Source: Azolla caroliniana (lineage: Eukaryota > Plantae > Polypodiophyta). From it: DNA of 64,000 bases. Made by a program: the position numbers and the translations under genes. The notes beneath the pieces are model-generated. The model was given only the letters and a program-made list of their open reading frames with translations, was not told where the DNA came from and searched no databases. The stretch spans positions 9,672,001 to 9,736,000 of the forward strand of contig JBHGNT010000013.1 of NCBI GenBank assembly GCA_043228905.1, in the 5' to 3' direction. Below, one piece after another: positions 1-9,899 of the stretch. Numbering within the stretch: position 1 is the first letter of the stretch; every line of letters begins with the position of its first letter.

Positions 1-2
1 AA

Positions 3-2485
3 CTCACCCGATATTTCGGTGAGTACTCTGTTGCCGGCAAAGGCTATCGAACGCAGGGCGGCGAAGATCCGTTGTTCAGGGAGATAGCTCGAGTGCTCCA
101 TGAGTACGGCCACGTGTACCCCCGACCCCCTGTCATGCCAAAAAATCGGGCAGGGATGATCATAGCCACCTATGAAGGGACCAAGGTGGATTGGCCGGTG
201 TTGATTGCAGACGGTTTGTGCGTGGCAATCGACATGGTACGAGGAAAGGACGGCAAGGAGGGCCGGAAGCTGTGGCATGCCGTCGCTCAGTGGATAACAT
301 TGCTCGTGCCGCCGGTCGAGACCGTTCAGCCAAAGAAGCGGCCAAGAGTATCAGAAGGAAGCACCTCGAAGCCGGCGTCCAAACGACAGCAGCTGCTGGC
401 GTCGAAGGCGACGAAAGGGAAGAAACGGGTCCCAGAACCGGAGGAGGTGTCACCGGTCCGACCGTCAAGATAACCTTACGGAGACCGGGACAGAAGGAAC
501 CGGAACCCTTGACGGCACAGAAACATGCCGTGACACAGGAAGAGGAAACGGAGGAGCCAGAAGAGCACCTCCAACGACGGTCAAGAAGTAGGACCGCCGA
601 GACAGGAGGGGAGCGGTCGTACCCGCGAGAGGCAGAAACGCCCCCAACTCAACCTGAGCAAACCACAAGGGAAGAACCGGAACCGGTGCGTAGGGAACCG
701 GTCTTGTCGACTTCTATAGAAGAAGTCAGTCCAACGGCTCCGGAGACGGCGAGAACCGGAACTCAACAGCCGGCGAGCCCAGCCAGAGCACACGGCGGCC
801 AAGGAGTAGAACCAGAACGGCATATGCAGGCACTCAGGCCAGACAATTCCACAGTGAATGAGCCGACCCGACCAGTACAGCAACAAGGCACCAGTAGCAT
901 GTGGCTACGGTGGGTAGGCGAGCAAATCGCCGGAGTGGTCGAGTATATAGAGGCGGAAGAGAGAGCGCACCAGGAACGGTTGCTCGTCACAACCGTAGAT
1001 CTAGAGACGGCCCGGTCCAGAATCCGGAGCCTTGAACAAGACTTGGACAGGGTCACAAGGGAAATGGCTCAAGTGGCTGTGACAACACAAGTCCAAGCAC
1101 CGGTGACTCCGGGCAATGTACAGAATAAAGCGGCAGATCAACCTGTACATAGCAATCAGACCCCGGCAACGGAAACCGTTCCGGAGAGAAATGCGGCACA
1201 AGCCCAAGAGCTTGCGGATTTAAAGGATGAGCTTGCTGCCCAAGAAGCGCTGAGGAGCCGCGAAAGAGAATTGAAGACGGCAGCGGAGGTAGAACTCAAA
1301 AAGACTGCTGAGAATCTACGCCGGGCCGAGGAGAGCTTACGGAAAGGCCACCAAGCGTACGACCGGCTCAAGGAGGAGAAGGAGAAAATGCTGCAAGAGA
1401 AGGAGAGGCTCCGGAGGAACGCCGAAACAGAAGTAGAGCGCCTGAAAGAGGAACTCCGGCAGGTAAAGGACCGGGAGGACCGGAACCATCGCCAGATCAA
1501 CGGCAAGCTCAAACAAAAAACGGAGGAATTTGAGCAATTGCACCGGGAGTATAAACGGTTACAAACGGAGCACAAGGAACGGACGGATGAGCTCCGGCAA
1601 GCAGTTGATCGGACCGCAACCGCATTCGCCAAGGAACAAGCGGAAAACAGAAGACGGTTGGAAGAGGCGGAGAAGGTTCGGACAGAGCTCCTCAGGCAAC
1701 AGCAGGCGGAAAAAGAAAGAGCGGCGGAGGTACTGCAGAGGCTGCAAACGACATATCAAGGGCAGCTGACGCGCTACAGAGAGCAGGCGGAGGATACGGC
1801 AAATCTCATCAAGCAGTTGAAGGAGGAGCGACAAGTGGTGGAAAGCAGAGCACAAATGGGAGCAAGTCGCATCCAGGATATCATGTGGGCCTGGTTGAAC
1901 CAGACCAAGAGCTTGATTGACAACGGCTCCGTCAAATGGTGGACCCAGTGGGCCACGAACACGGCGGAACTCCAACTGCTCCGGGCCGACGTAGAGAACC
2001 GGCGGAAGGAGGGAGATGATTGCTATATGCTGAATTCTGAAGATTTCACCGGCATAAGAGATGAGCTGGCCGAAGACTTTCAAGCCTTGGCAGAGGACCA
2101 ACTAGAGCAAGTCCGGCAACTTGTAGCTCAGCTGGATGACGACAGGCTGGAGGCGCAGATCCAGTTTGAAAGCTACGAGAGGTCCCGGATCCGGGGAGAG
2201 AAAGAACGAGAACCAGTTACGGTCAACCTCAGTGATGAGGAACCGTTACTGGAAGGAGACCGGACCGGAAGCAGTCAAACGGAGATGCCGGAGCTAGAGA
2301 GACAAACGGAGCAGCCGGAGTCAGCGGAACAAACGGAGCAGCAGCAGCAAGCAGAGCAAGCGGAGCAGCCTCAGTCCCAACCGCAACCACAGCAGCAGCA
2401 GCAAGCACAGCCGCAGCAACCACAACCGGAAGAACAAGTGGAAATTCTTGAACAAAGTATTTTGGACAATTTGGGTGAACAATGA
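3..2485 (+). CDS. Retroelement extra ORF: globular N-terminal part (frame of 72..473, open from the window start) apparently frameshifted into a low-complexity linker, long coiled coil and Q/E/P-rich tail (191..2485)
   Basis: ORFs of 133 aa and 764 aa overlap. The E/K/R/Q-rich heptad-like region spans about aa 260-650. No gag/pol motifs. Confidence 0.6.
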
Positions 2486-2913
2486 AGGGGCCGAGAAGGG
2501 TTCGACGTACAAGGTACTGTCCCACGGGCGTGCTATGTGTTACCGGCCGGCAAGTGTCATGAACAGTACTGAGACAGAGAAGGAATTAGTACTAAACGAA
2601 GGATTAGTACTATGAGAGGTGTGGAACTTCTTCGAGAGAAGGAAGAAGTGAGCGAGACAGAGAGAAAGAGAGAGAGAGAGAGAGAGTGAGAGTGATGATA
2701 AGAAAGATATTTATTATATGAAGAGAATATACAACGGTGGCTAAAAGGCTTAAGACTGGCGTTGAACCAATTTGGTTCAACATAATGCCTAGTGCCCTCT
2801 TTTATAGTGTTTTCAGGAGTAATCCTGAAGCTTCTAGAATGTTCCAGAGAAATCTGGAATATACACTAATTTCCTATAATAAAATGTAAATGAAAATAAT
2901 ATCCTACGTATTA

Positions 2914-2986
2914 CAATAGATGGTCTAATGGTCAAGAGCTCGATCCATATAACCTAAGGTCATGGGTTCGAGTCTTGCCATATCAT
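2914..2986 (+). promoter_or_regulatory. tRNA-like Pol III type-2 promoter cassette in the 3' LTR
   Basis: A box TGGTCTAATGG at 2921, AGGTC at 2957-2961 and B box GGTTCGAGTC at 2965. T8 to T54 distance is 46 nt. Confidence 0.65.
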
Positions 2987-5900
2987 GACACTATCCCCCC
3001 TTTAAAACGACGAGTGTCACGAGTCGTCTTGGATTGAGGGCCCGGTTTGTGTGGATATTGACGATGGAAGTCTTCAAGAAGAGCACGAGCATTGGTTACA
3101 TTCTCGATCGGTTCCCAAGTACGTTCGTTGGGACTATACCCTAGCCAATCGACTAGATAGTAGAGCTTGTTGCGAACAATCTTGGAATCAAGAATGGCGG
3201 CAACCTCGTACTCCGGCCCATCTTCAAGCTCGATCGGGGGTGGAGGTTGGATAAGACGTTCTGGGATGGTGCTCTCGTGGTAGGGTTCGAAGAGAGAACT
3301 ATGAAACACCGGATGTATCCGAAGTTGAGGAGGTAGATCGAGACGAAAAGCAACATCATTAATCTTTCCAATAATACGGAAAGGACCTAATCGCCGATAA
3401 TCCAACTTCTCACATGGGCGAGTAGTCTTGATGTGTCGTCGTAGCAACCACACCCGATCTCCAATATTAAAACTAGATGGAAGTCGATGACGATCCGCGT
3501 AGACCTTGTGTGTTTGTTGAGCTTGCTGGAGATGAGTAGATAAATCCGCTTGTATCTTGCGTAACCGCTCCAAACGATCCTCCGCGCACGGATTTGTGGA
3601 CACCTCTGGGGTTTCAAGTACACTCCACCGGGGGTGACATCCCGTATAAGCATAAAATGGCGTAACTTTAGTGGATGCGTGGATAGAGTTGTTATAGGCA
3701 AATTCGGCGAAGTGGAGAATATCTGCCCAGTCATCCTGATGATAGCTGAGAAAGCACCGCAGATACTGCTCCAACGTTTGATTTGTTCATTCAGCTTGGC
3801 CGTCAGTTTGTGGGTGGTAGCTGGAAGAGAGGTTACAAGTGACCTTGAGCATGTTAAAAAGGTGCTTCCAGAATTTTGACACGAACTGGGGTCCACGGTC
3901 GCTGATGATACTATCGGGGAGTCCATGATGCCGACATACTTCACGCATGACAATTTCGGCAGTGTCTTCACTGGAGATCTCCTTAGTACATGGCAAGAAA
4001 TGAGCCATCTTCGTATATCGATCGACCACCGTTAGAATCGCATTGAACCCTTTAGAGACTGGAAGATCTGTGATGAAGTCTAGAGCAATGGATTGCCACG
4101 GCTTGCTTGGAATTGATAATGGTTCTAATAAACCATATGGATGATGCCTTGGCATTTTCGCTCTGCAACATGTATCACAAGTCCGAACAAAATCCTCGAC
4201 AAATTGTCGCATACAGGGCCACCAGAATGATCGTTGTACTAAATGTAATGTTTTAGTACTACCAAAATGCCCAGCTGTATATGTGTCATGACAGTTTTGT
4301 ACTACTCGAAGGCGGCAAGAACCATTAGGAACATACAAAAGTTCTTTAAAGAAGAGTAATCCATCATGGTATTTGAATTGCCGATAGTCCGTACCTGGTG
4401 GTTGCGACTGTGAACACGACGCTCGAGAGGGATCAATTTGTGCTAGTATAGCTTGGGCGAATGCATCTGTCTTCAAGTCTTCACGTATGGTATCGATAAC
4501 GCGGGAATCCATAGGCATGTCAAAGATTTGTGTTGCTTGTAATCGTGCCGGTCCCAAGATGACTTGTTTTTGGTTATCGAAAGCTGGCTCGCCGGGACGG
4601 GGTGCTAGATACGAACGCCGTGATAATGCATCTGCCTTCCCTTGGTGCCTCCCCGGACGATATGTAATTTTGAAGTCGAAACGCGTGAGGAAGTGGGCCC
4701 ACCGAGCTTGACGTCGATTCAACACACGAGCATCCTGAAAGTAGGCAAGATTCTTGTGGTCACTAAATACGGTGACTGGATGAGAGGATCCCTCCAGAAA
4801 ATGCCTCCATTGCATAAAAGAATCCACTATTGCCAATAGCTCCTTATCATGGATTTCGTAGTTGATTTCGGCGGCATCAAACTTGCGTGAGTGAAAAGCC
4901 ACAGGATGTAGCTTTTCATCATTCCCCTGTTGTGACAGAATGCTCCCCAATGCAAAATCCGATGCGTCAGCTTCGATAATGAATGGTTTCTCCGGATCGA
5001 CATGAGCTAGAATTGGAGCCGATGTAAATGCTTTTTTAAGACTCTCGAAAGCCATGTCCATTTCTTCAGACCAGGTGAACGGTTGTCCCTTCCTGGTAAG
5101 TTGTGTGAGAGGTAGAACGATCTTTGAGTAATCCTGTATGAACTTCCGGTAAAAATTGGCAAAGCCTAAGAAGCATTGCACATCCCGTACCGAACGCGGA
5201 GTCTGCCATTCTACCACCGTTCTGACCTTAGCTGGGTCCATGGAGATGCCTTCTGACGAAATGATGTAGCCGAGAAATTCCACTTGGTTGCACCCGAAAC
5301 TACATTTTTCTAGCTTTGCATACAGACCATGTTCTCGAAGTCGTTTTAGTACTAATAGTACATGAGAATCATGTTCTTCTTGGGTCTTTGAATAAACCAG
5401 TAGATCATCCAAATAGATGATCAAACAATCCTCCAATAGATCTCGGAATATATCATTAGCCATGTGCTGGAAGACTGCCGGCGCATTAGTGAGGCCGAAC
5501 GGCATGACAGTATACTCGAAGTGCCCATATCTGGTGCGAAATGCGGTCTTCCATTCGTCTCCTGGTCGGATCCGTACGAGGTTATATGCTCCCCGTAAGT
5601 CGATCTTCGTGAAGAACCTGGCACCATTGATCCGTTCTAAAAGACTTGAGATAAGGGGAAGAGCATATCTATTCCTGATTGTAACCTTATTCAAGCCACG
5701 GTAATCTACAACGAGACGAAGCGATCCATCTTTTTTCTTGACGAAGAAAATGGGCGCACCGGCTGGAGATTTCGAATGCCGAATGAAACCATTTTCCAAA
5801 TTCTCCTCTATATAGGCCCGAAGGACTTCCAGCTCGGTTGGTGACAAATTGTAGATCGGTCCCCATGGCGGCTCTTTTCCCGGTTGTAAATCGATGGGGC

Positions 5901-6579
5901 AATCGTACGGTCGATGATGAGGAAGTGTGTTGGCTTGTACTTTATCGAACACATCGGTGTAATGGCGATACTTCTCGGGAAGTTGAACGGTGGATTCTTC
6001 TTTAGTGGTGTTGGAGGGGTTTACTGATATTGCAAAGAGGAACATTTCCTCCTTGTGCCCTTCTTTACGCAACTGACGTAGCGAAATGGTTGCCATCTTC
6101 TGAGTTGACCCTTGGGTTTGTCGACACCGGATTTCTCTTGTTCTCCAATCTATGTCAGGGTTATGTAACTCGAACCACGGTAGTCCTAAAACTATAGGAT
6201 GTTCTGGGATACTAATAATATTAAATGATACTACACATACTAAGTTATCTAGAACAATATTAATGGGCTCTGACTCTTCTAGGATATTTCCGGAAGCAAT
6301 GGGACGTCCATCAATGACTACTACAGAGGCTGGACACTGGAGTTTTCTTAGGGATATCTTATGAGCTTGAGCAAATTTCTTATCCATAAAGCAAGAGTTA
6401 GCTCCGGAATCTAGGAGTGCTAGGACATGTACTGGAGGGGTACTTTTAGTACTAACTATTACTTGGGCTACGAACACATCACTAACTTGCTTAGAGGGAA
6501 TGGAACCACTAATGGGCTGCACAGATCTAGGGCTGTCCAACCAAACGGCTCCTATTTTGGCTGGACTTAGTCGTTTAAC
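2983..6579 (-). CDS. pol: Pol (PR LLDSGA, RT YLDD, RNase H, integrase, group I-like chromodomain EYEVAAILD...YLVDWLGY...TWEP) in the -1 frame to gag; one in-frame TGA at 3787-3789
   Basis: ORFs 3787..6540 and 2983..3774 are in the same frame, joined as GQAE*TNQTLEQYLR. Confidence 0.95.
6528..6579 (-). promoter_or_regulatory. -1 programmed ribosomal frameshift signal
   Basis: G_TTA_AAC (6579->6573), 6-nt spacer, then an 11-bp stem GTCCAGCCAAA/TTTGGTTGGAC with a possible loop-downstream pseudoknot. Confidence 0.8.
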
Positions 6580-7718
6580 TCTTCTTCTAACTGACTAAGG
6601 ACATCAAATTTGTTTGCTAGATCTGGGATATTAGTACTATTAGGACTATCAGATATCCCTACTGAAATAGGCTCGGATTTAGTACAATTAGAACTAGCGA
6701 CTATTTGGTTTACCTGTCTTCTTGGCCTATGGGGGCAATTTATTGCGATATGTCCTGGTCCACCGCAGTAAAGACATAGTCGATTTGTACGGCGTCGCTG
6801 CTTTTCTTCTTCGGATAATGGCCCTCGACGACGTGTAGTGTCAATCTCCATCGGAGTCGGAGTATTCGCTGGAGAAGCATTATATGACTCCCTCGGAAAA
6901 GGTCTTGCTACCACTGAGGCGTAGGTGGGCTCTGATCTTGCCCTCGGCATTTGTAGTTGTCGTTCCGAACGTCGCTCAAAGAGGCGGTTGTCACATCTCA
7001 CCGTGCGACTGATTGCTTCTGTTAAGGACTTTGGCTCTTCGGGGAAGGTCAAGAGTAAATCCTTGACGTCATTGCGTAAACCATAACGGAATTGCTCCAT
7101 CAACGCTTGATCATCCCAAGGGATATCAGCGGCGAGTAGGCGAAAATCTGCAGCGTATGCGGAGGCTGGACGGTCACCTTGGCGTAATCGCCGGATTTTG
7201 TTGATTGCGGTCCTGATGCTGTCAGTATCTCCGAAACATGCTTTAAACTCACCTAGAAACTCTTCAAAATTGTTGAGTAACGGAGATTCCTTTTCTAATA
7301 GTGGAGCGAACCATGACAAGGCTGAGCCACTTAACAAAGTGCCTACTAAACCCACTCGTGATGCATCGGTGGGATATCGGGAAGGATGCATTTGAATAAC
7401 TAATCGTACCTGGTTAAGGAACCCTCTAAACTGCGATCGCGTTCCATCGAACTTCGTGGGAAGGCCAATCTTAGGTTCTTTATGAATCCCTTGTGTTCCG
7501 GGCCCATGTTGTTGCATCGCTACGATGGTGGCTTCGAGTTGTTGCACGCGTAACGCAAGCTCCCCATGTTGTTGTTGCGTTTGCTGCTTTTCTAAGGAGA
7601 TTTGCTGAAGATCCCCCAGCAACCGTTGGTTTTCTTGTTCCAAAGCATGGAACTTCTCCTTCAAGCATTGGAATTCCGAGAAAACAGATTGATATTCTTC
7701 AGCGCTAACAGTGGCCAT
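6567..7718 (-). CDS. gag: Gag (retrotransposon capsid domain plus CCHC knuckle CLYCGGPGHIAINC), PEG10/sushi-like
   Basis: 383-aa ORF with EPKIGLPTKFDG, LRQG, PTPMEID and a zinc knuckle. Confidence 0.95.
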   Translation of the reverse strand: MATVSAEEYQSVFSEFQCLKEKFHALEQENQRLLGDLQQISLEKQQTQQQHGELALRVQQLEATIVAMQQHGPGTQGIHKEPKIGLPTKFDGTRSQFRGFLNQVRLVIQMHPSRYPTDASRVGLVGTLLSGSALSWFAPLLEKESPLLNNFEEFLGEFKACFGDTDSIRTAINKIRRLRQGDRPASAYAADFRLLAADIPWDDQALMEQFRYGLRNDVKDLLLTFPEEPKSLTEAISRTVRCDNRLFERRSERQLQMPRARSEPTYASVVARPFPRESYNASPANTPTPMEIDTTRRRGPLSEEEKQRRRTNRLCLYCGGPGHIAINCPHRPRRQVNQIVASSNCTKSEPISVGISDSPNSTNIPDLANKFDVLSQLEEELND

Positions 7719-7777
7719 GGGATGAAAGAAAAGAGGAATAAAAGATTAGTAGGAAATGAGAGAGACAGAAGGTAGGA

Positions 7778-7789
7778 AAATTGGTTCAA
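7778..7789 (-). promoter_or_regulatory. Self-priming PBS (TTGAACCAATTT)
   Basis: Lies 2 nt inside the 5' LTR boundary and is the exact complement of AAATTGGTTCAA (minus strand 8010->7999) in the LTR. Confidence 0.8.
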
Positions 7790-8150
7790 ACTGTCATGAA
7801 CAGTACTGAGACAGAGAAGGAATTAGTACTAAACGAAGGATTAGTACTATGAGAGGTGTGGAACTTCTTCGAGAGAAGGAAGAAGTGAGCGAGACAGAGA
7901 GAAAGAGAGAGAGAGAGAGTGAGTGAGAGTGATGATAAGAAAGATATTTATTATATGAAGAGAATATACAACGGTGGCTAAAAGGCTTAAGACTGGCGTT
8001 GAACCAATTTGGTTCAACATAATGCCTAGTGCCCTCTTTTATAGTGTTTTCAGGAGTAATCCTGAAGCTTCTAGAATGTTCCAGAGAAATCTGGAATATA
8101 CACTAATTTCCTATAATAAAATGTAAATGAAAATAATATCCTACGTATTA

Positions 8151-8223
8151 CAATAGATGGTCTAATGGTCAAGAGCTCGATCCATATAACCTAAGGTCAT
8201 GGGTTCGAGTCTTGCCATATCAT
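8151..8223 (+). promoter_or_regulatory. tRNA-like Pol III type-2 promoter cassette in the 5' LTR
   Basis: Identical copy: A box at 8158, B box at 8202. Confidence 0.65.
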
Positions 8224-9450
8224 GACAGCAAGGAGTCCAAAATACGGAGTGAAGGAATTAATTAGATATGGTTGTAAATGAGCATAGTGTGGACGGACGG
8301 ACTGGAAACGGTATGCCGTTCCAGATCCGGACGGATCCCGAATAGGTGCGAGAGGCACCGTTTTGTACTACGGGCCGGAAACCTATTTAAAGGCCCGGAC
8401 CCCATTGTAATGACAGCGGATAATTAATAAAGCTTATGATGTTTATACTTCTGTGTTGATTTCCGTTCTGTAATTACTGTTGTATCTTACGCGTGTAATT
8501 AACCGAAGCATTCTAATCGTGTAACCTATGTAAGTCGGTGTAATCATTGAATCTTAATCCTATGCCGTAATCACCCTTTGGTGAAGTGTCTCCGTGACAC
8601 CTTGTGTTAGGCCTTGTCCGGCTAGAGAATAACAGTTTGAGGAGAGATTCTATCTAAACCCTTACTCCTCGAACCTCTACCCACTTAACCCCTCCAAACC
8701 CCCCTCCTATGAATAAACCGTTCATGTCATTAGGTCAATACAATATCGTGGTCGACAATTTAAAAATAAATAATAATAATAAAAAATAAATAAATAAATA
8801 AATAACCCAAATTTAAAAAATAAAAAAAAAACAATAAAAAATAACTAAAAAATAAAAAATCATAATAATTCGAGGTAGACTAGGGTCAAGGCACGCAAGA
8901 ATCCGTACACTCCATTTAACTATACTAAGCCTTTTACCAACAGGTTGTCATCAATGGCGTCCACTCCATTAATCCAGCTCCTCCACGGCACTACCCCGAC
9001 GCCGGCTACGTTCGCACGCACGCCTTCGTGGATGTTACCCCTATCGAGTGCCAGTTAAAGGTCGCGGACGTTTGCACTACGCTACATTTGTCGGTGGATG
9101 GCATTCCCTTCCACACCAGGAACGCCCCTGACGTCGTCCCCAACATCATCCCCGCCGCCTACTCCTAGTATCTCGGATGCAAAAGTTGGCGTTTCACTGA
9201 AATTCCCCCTCACTTCCATGTTCTTTGTAGTGCCATTGCCCAGATCGGTGACACCGATGCCGTCAACCCTATCACTAATGAGTTCTTCAAGTGGGCACAC
9301 GATCCTCAACCGGTCCAGTGGGTCCACGAACTCGCCACCGACCACCCCTCCAGGCGAACCCCCCTCCCTCCTCTATCCTTCCCTCTCCCGACCCCCGAAG
9401 CTCCCCTCCCACAGTGCACCCGGGAGTGTGCACTCATTAGTTGGGGGGGA

Positions 9451-9799
9451 TGTTAAGCCCTTGGATAGCATCACGACCAGTCGTGAAGAAGAGTGCATCA
9501 ACAAGGACATAGTATGGCTAAAGGACCTACGAAGAGGGAATGACAAGAGGAAAGAGGGCTAAAGGACATCGAAGTGTGAAAGGTTCATACCCTAAATGTA
9601 AATGCTATATAAACCACATGATGGTGGCTTTGTAAGGGTTCTTCCATTTGTAAAGATCTTCCTATTTATTAAGAGCTAGAGCTTCCTCTCCTCTTTCTTG
9701 TAACCTTTAAGCTTAAGAGAGATTAGTGAAGTTTTTAGTTAGAGAACACTAATCTCTCTTCCTTGTTGGTGCTAGACCTCTTAGAAAAGAGGGTTAACA
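9451..9799 (+). repeat. 3' LTR of the host element
   Basis: TGTTAA...TTAACA terminal inverted repeat, preceded by a PPT, with internal TATATAAA at ~9606. Confidence 0.75.
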
Positions 9800-9899
9800 A
9801 ACATATGCATTACTCTTATTGTCTATATTCATTACCCTATTGTCTATGAGAACGAGCTTGAGAGAGTGAGAGAGATATCGTACTTAATCATCTATTAAA

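Larger units (their letters stand above)
2555..8227 (-). mobile_element. Young full-length chromovirus (Ty3/Gypsy, Tcn1/Tf1-sushi-like)
   Basis: 436-bp near-identical LTRs at 2555-2990 and 7792-8227 (TGTCATGA...TCATGACA). TSD GCAAG at 2550-2554 and 8228-8232. PPT at ~2991-3003. Order is gag, PR, RT, RH, INT, chromodomain. Confidence 0.97.
1..9799 (+). mobile_element. 3' part of an older, probably Gypsy (Tat/Athila-like) LTR retrotransposon with an extra ORF; interrupted by the 2555-8227 insertion; 5' part outside the window
   Basis: Purine tract AGTTGGGGGGGA (~9439-9450) directly followed by TGTTAAGCCC...GGGTTAACA (9451-9799). GC-rich extra ORF upstream on the same strand. Superfamily is inferred because gag-pol is not in the window. 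Confidence 0.6.

Noticed and set aside
160-2525. Multiple minus-strand ORFs opposite the extra ORF
   Set aside because: Shadow ORFs of GC-rich, repetitive coding sequence.
2914-2986. Functional tRNA gene
   Set aside because: Acceptor and anticodon stems do not pair and there is no U33 or recognisable anticodon loop. Only the promoter boxes and spacing remain.
3787-3789. Programmed stop-codon readthrough in pol
   Set aside because: It sits at a conserved integrase Arg, so CGA>TGA deamination is the simpler explanation.
8760-8870. A-rich tract as a retroposon poly(A) tail
   Set aside because: No TSD or linked SINE/LINE body seen; more likely low-complexity 3' UTR of the host element.
9098-9562. 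154-aa Pro/Ser-rich ORF
   Set aside because: Low complexity, crosses the PPT/LTR boundary and shows no recognisable domain; probably incidental.
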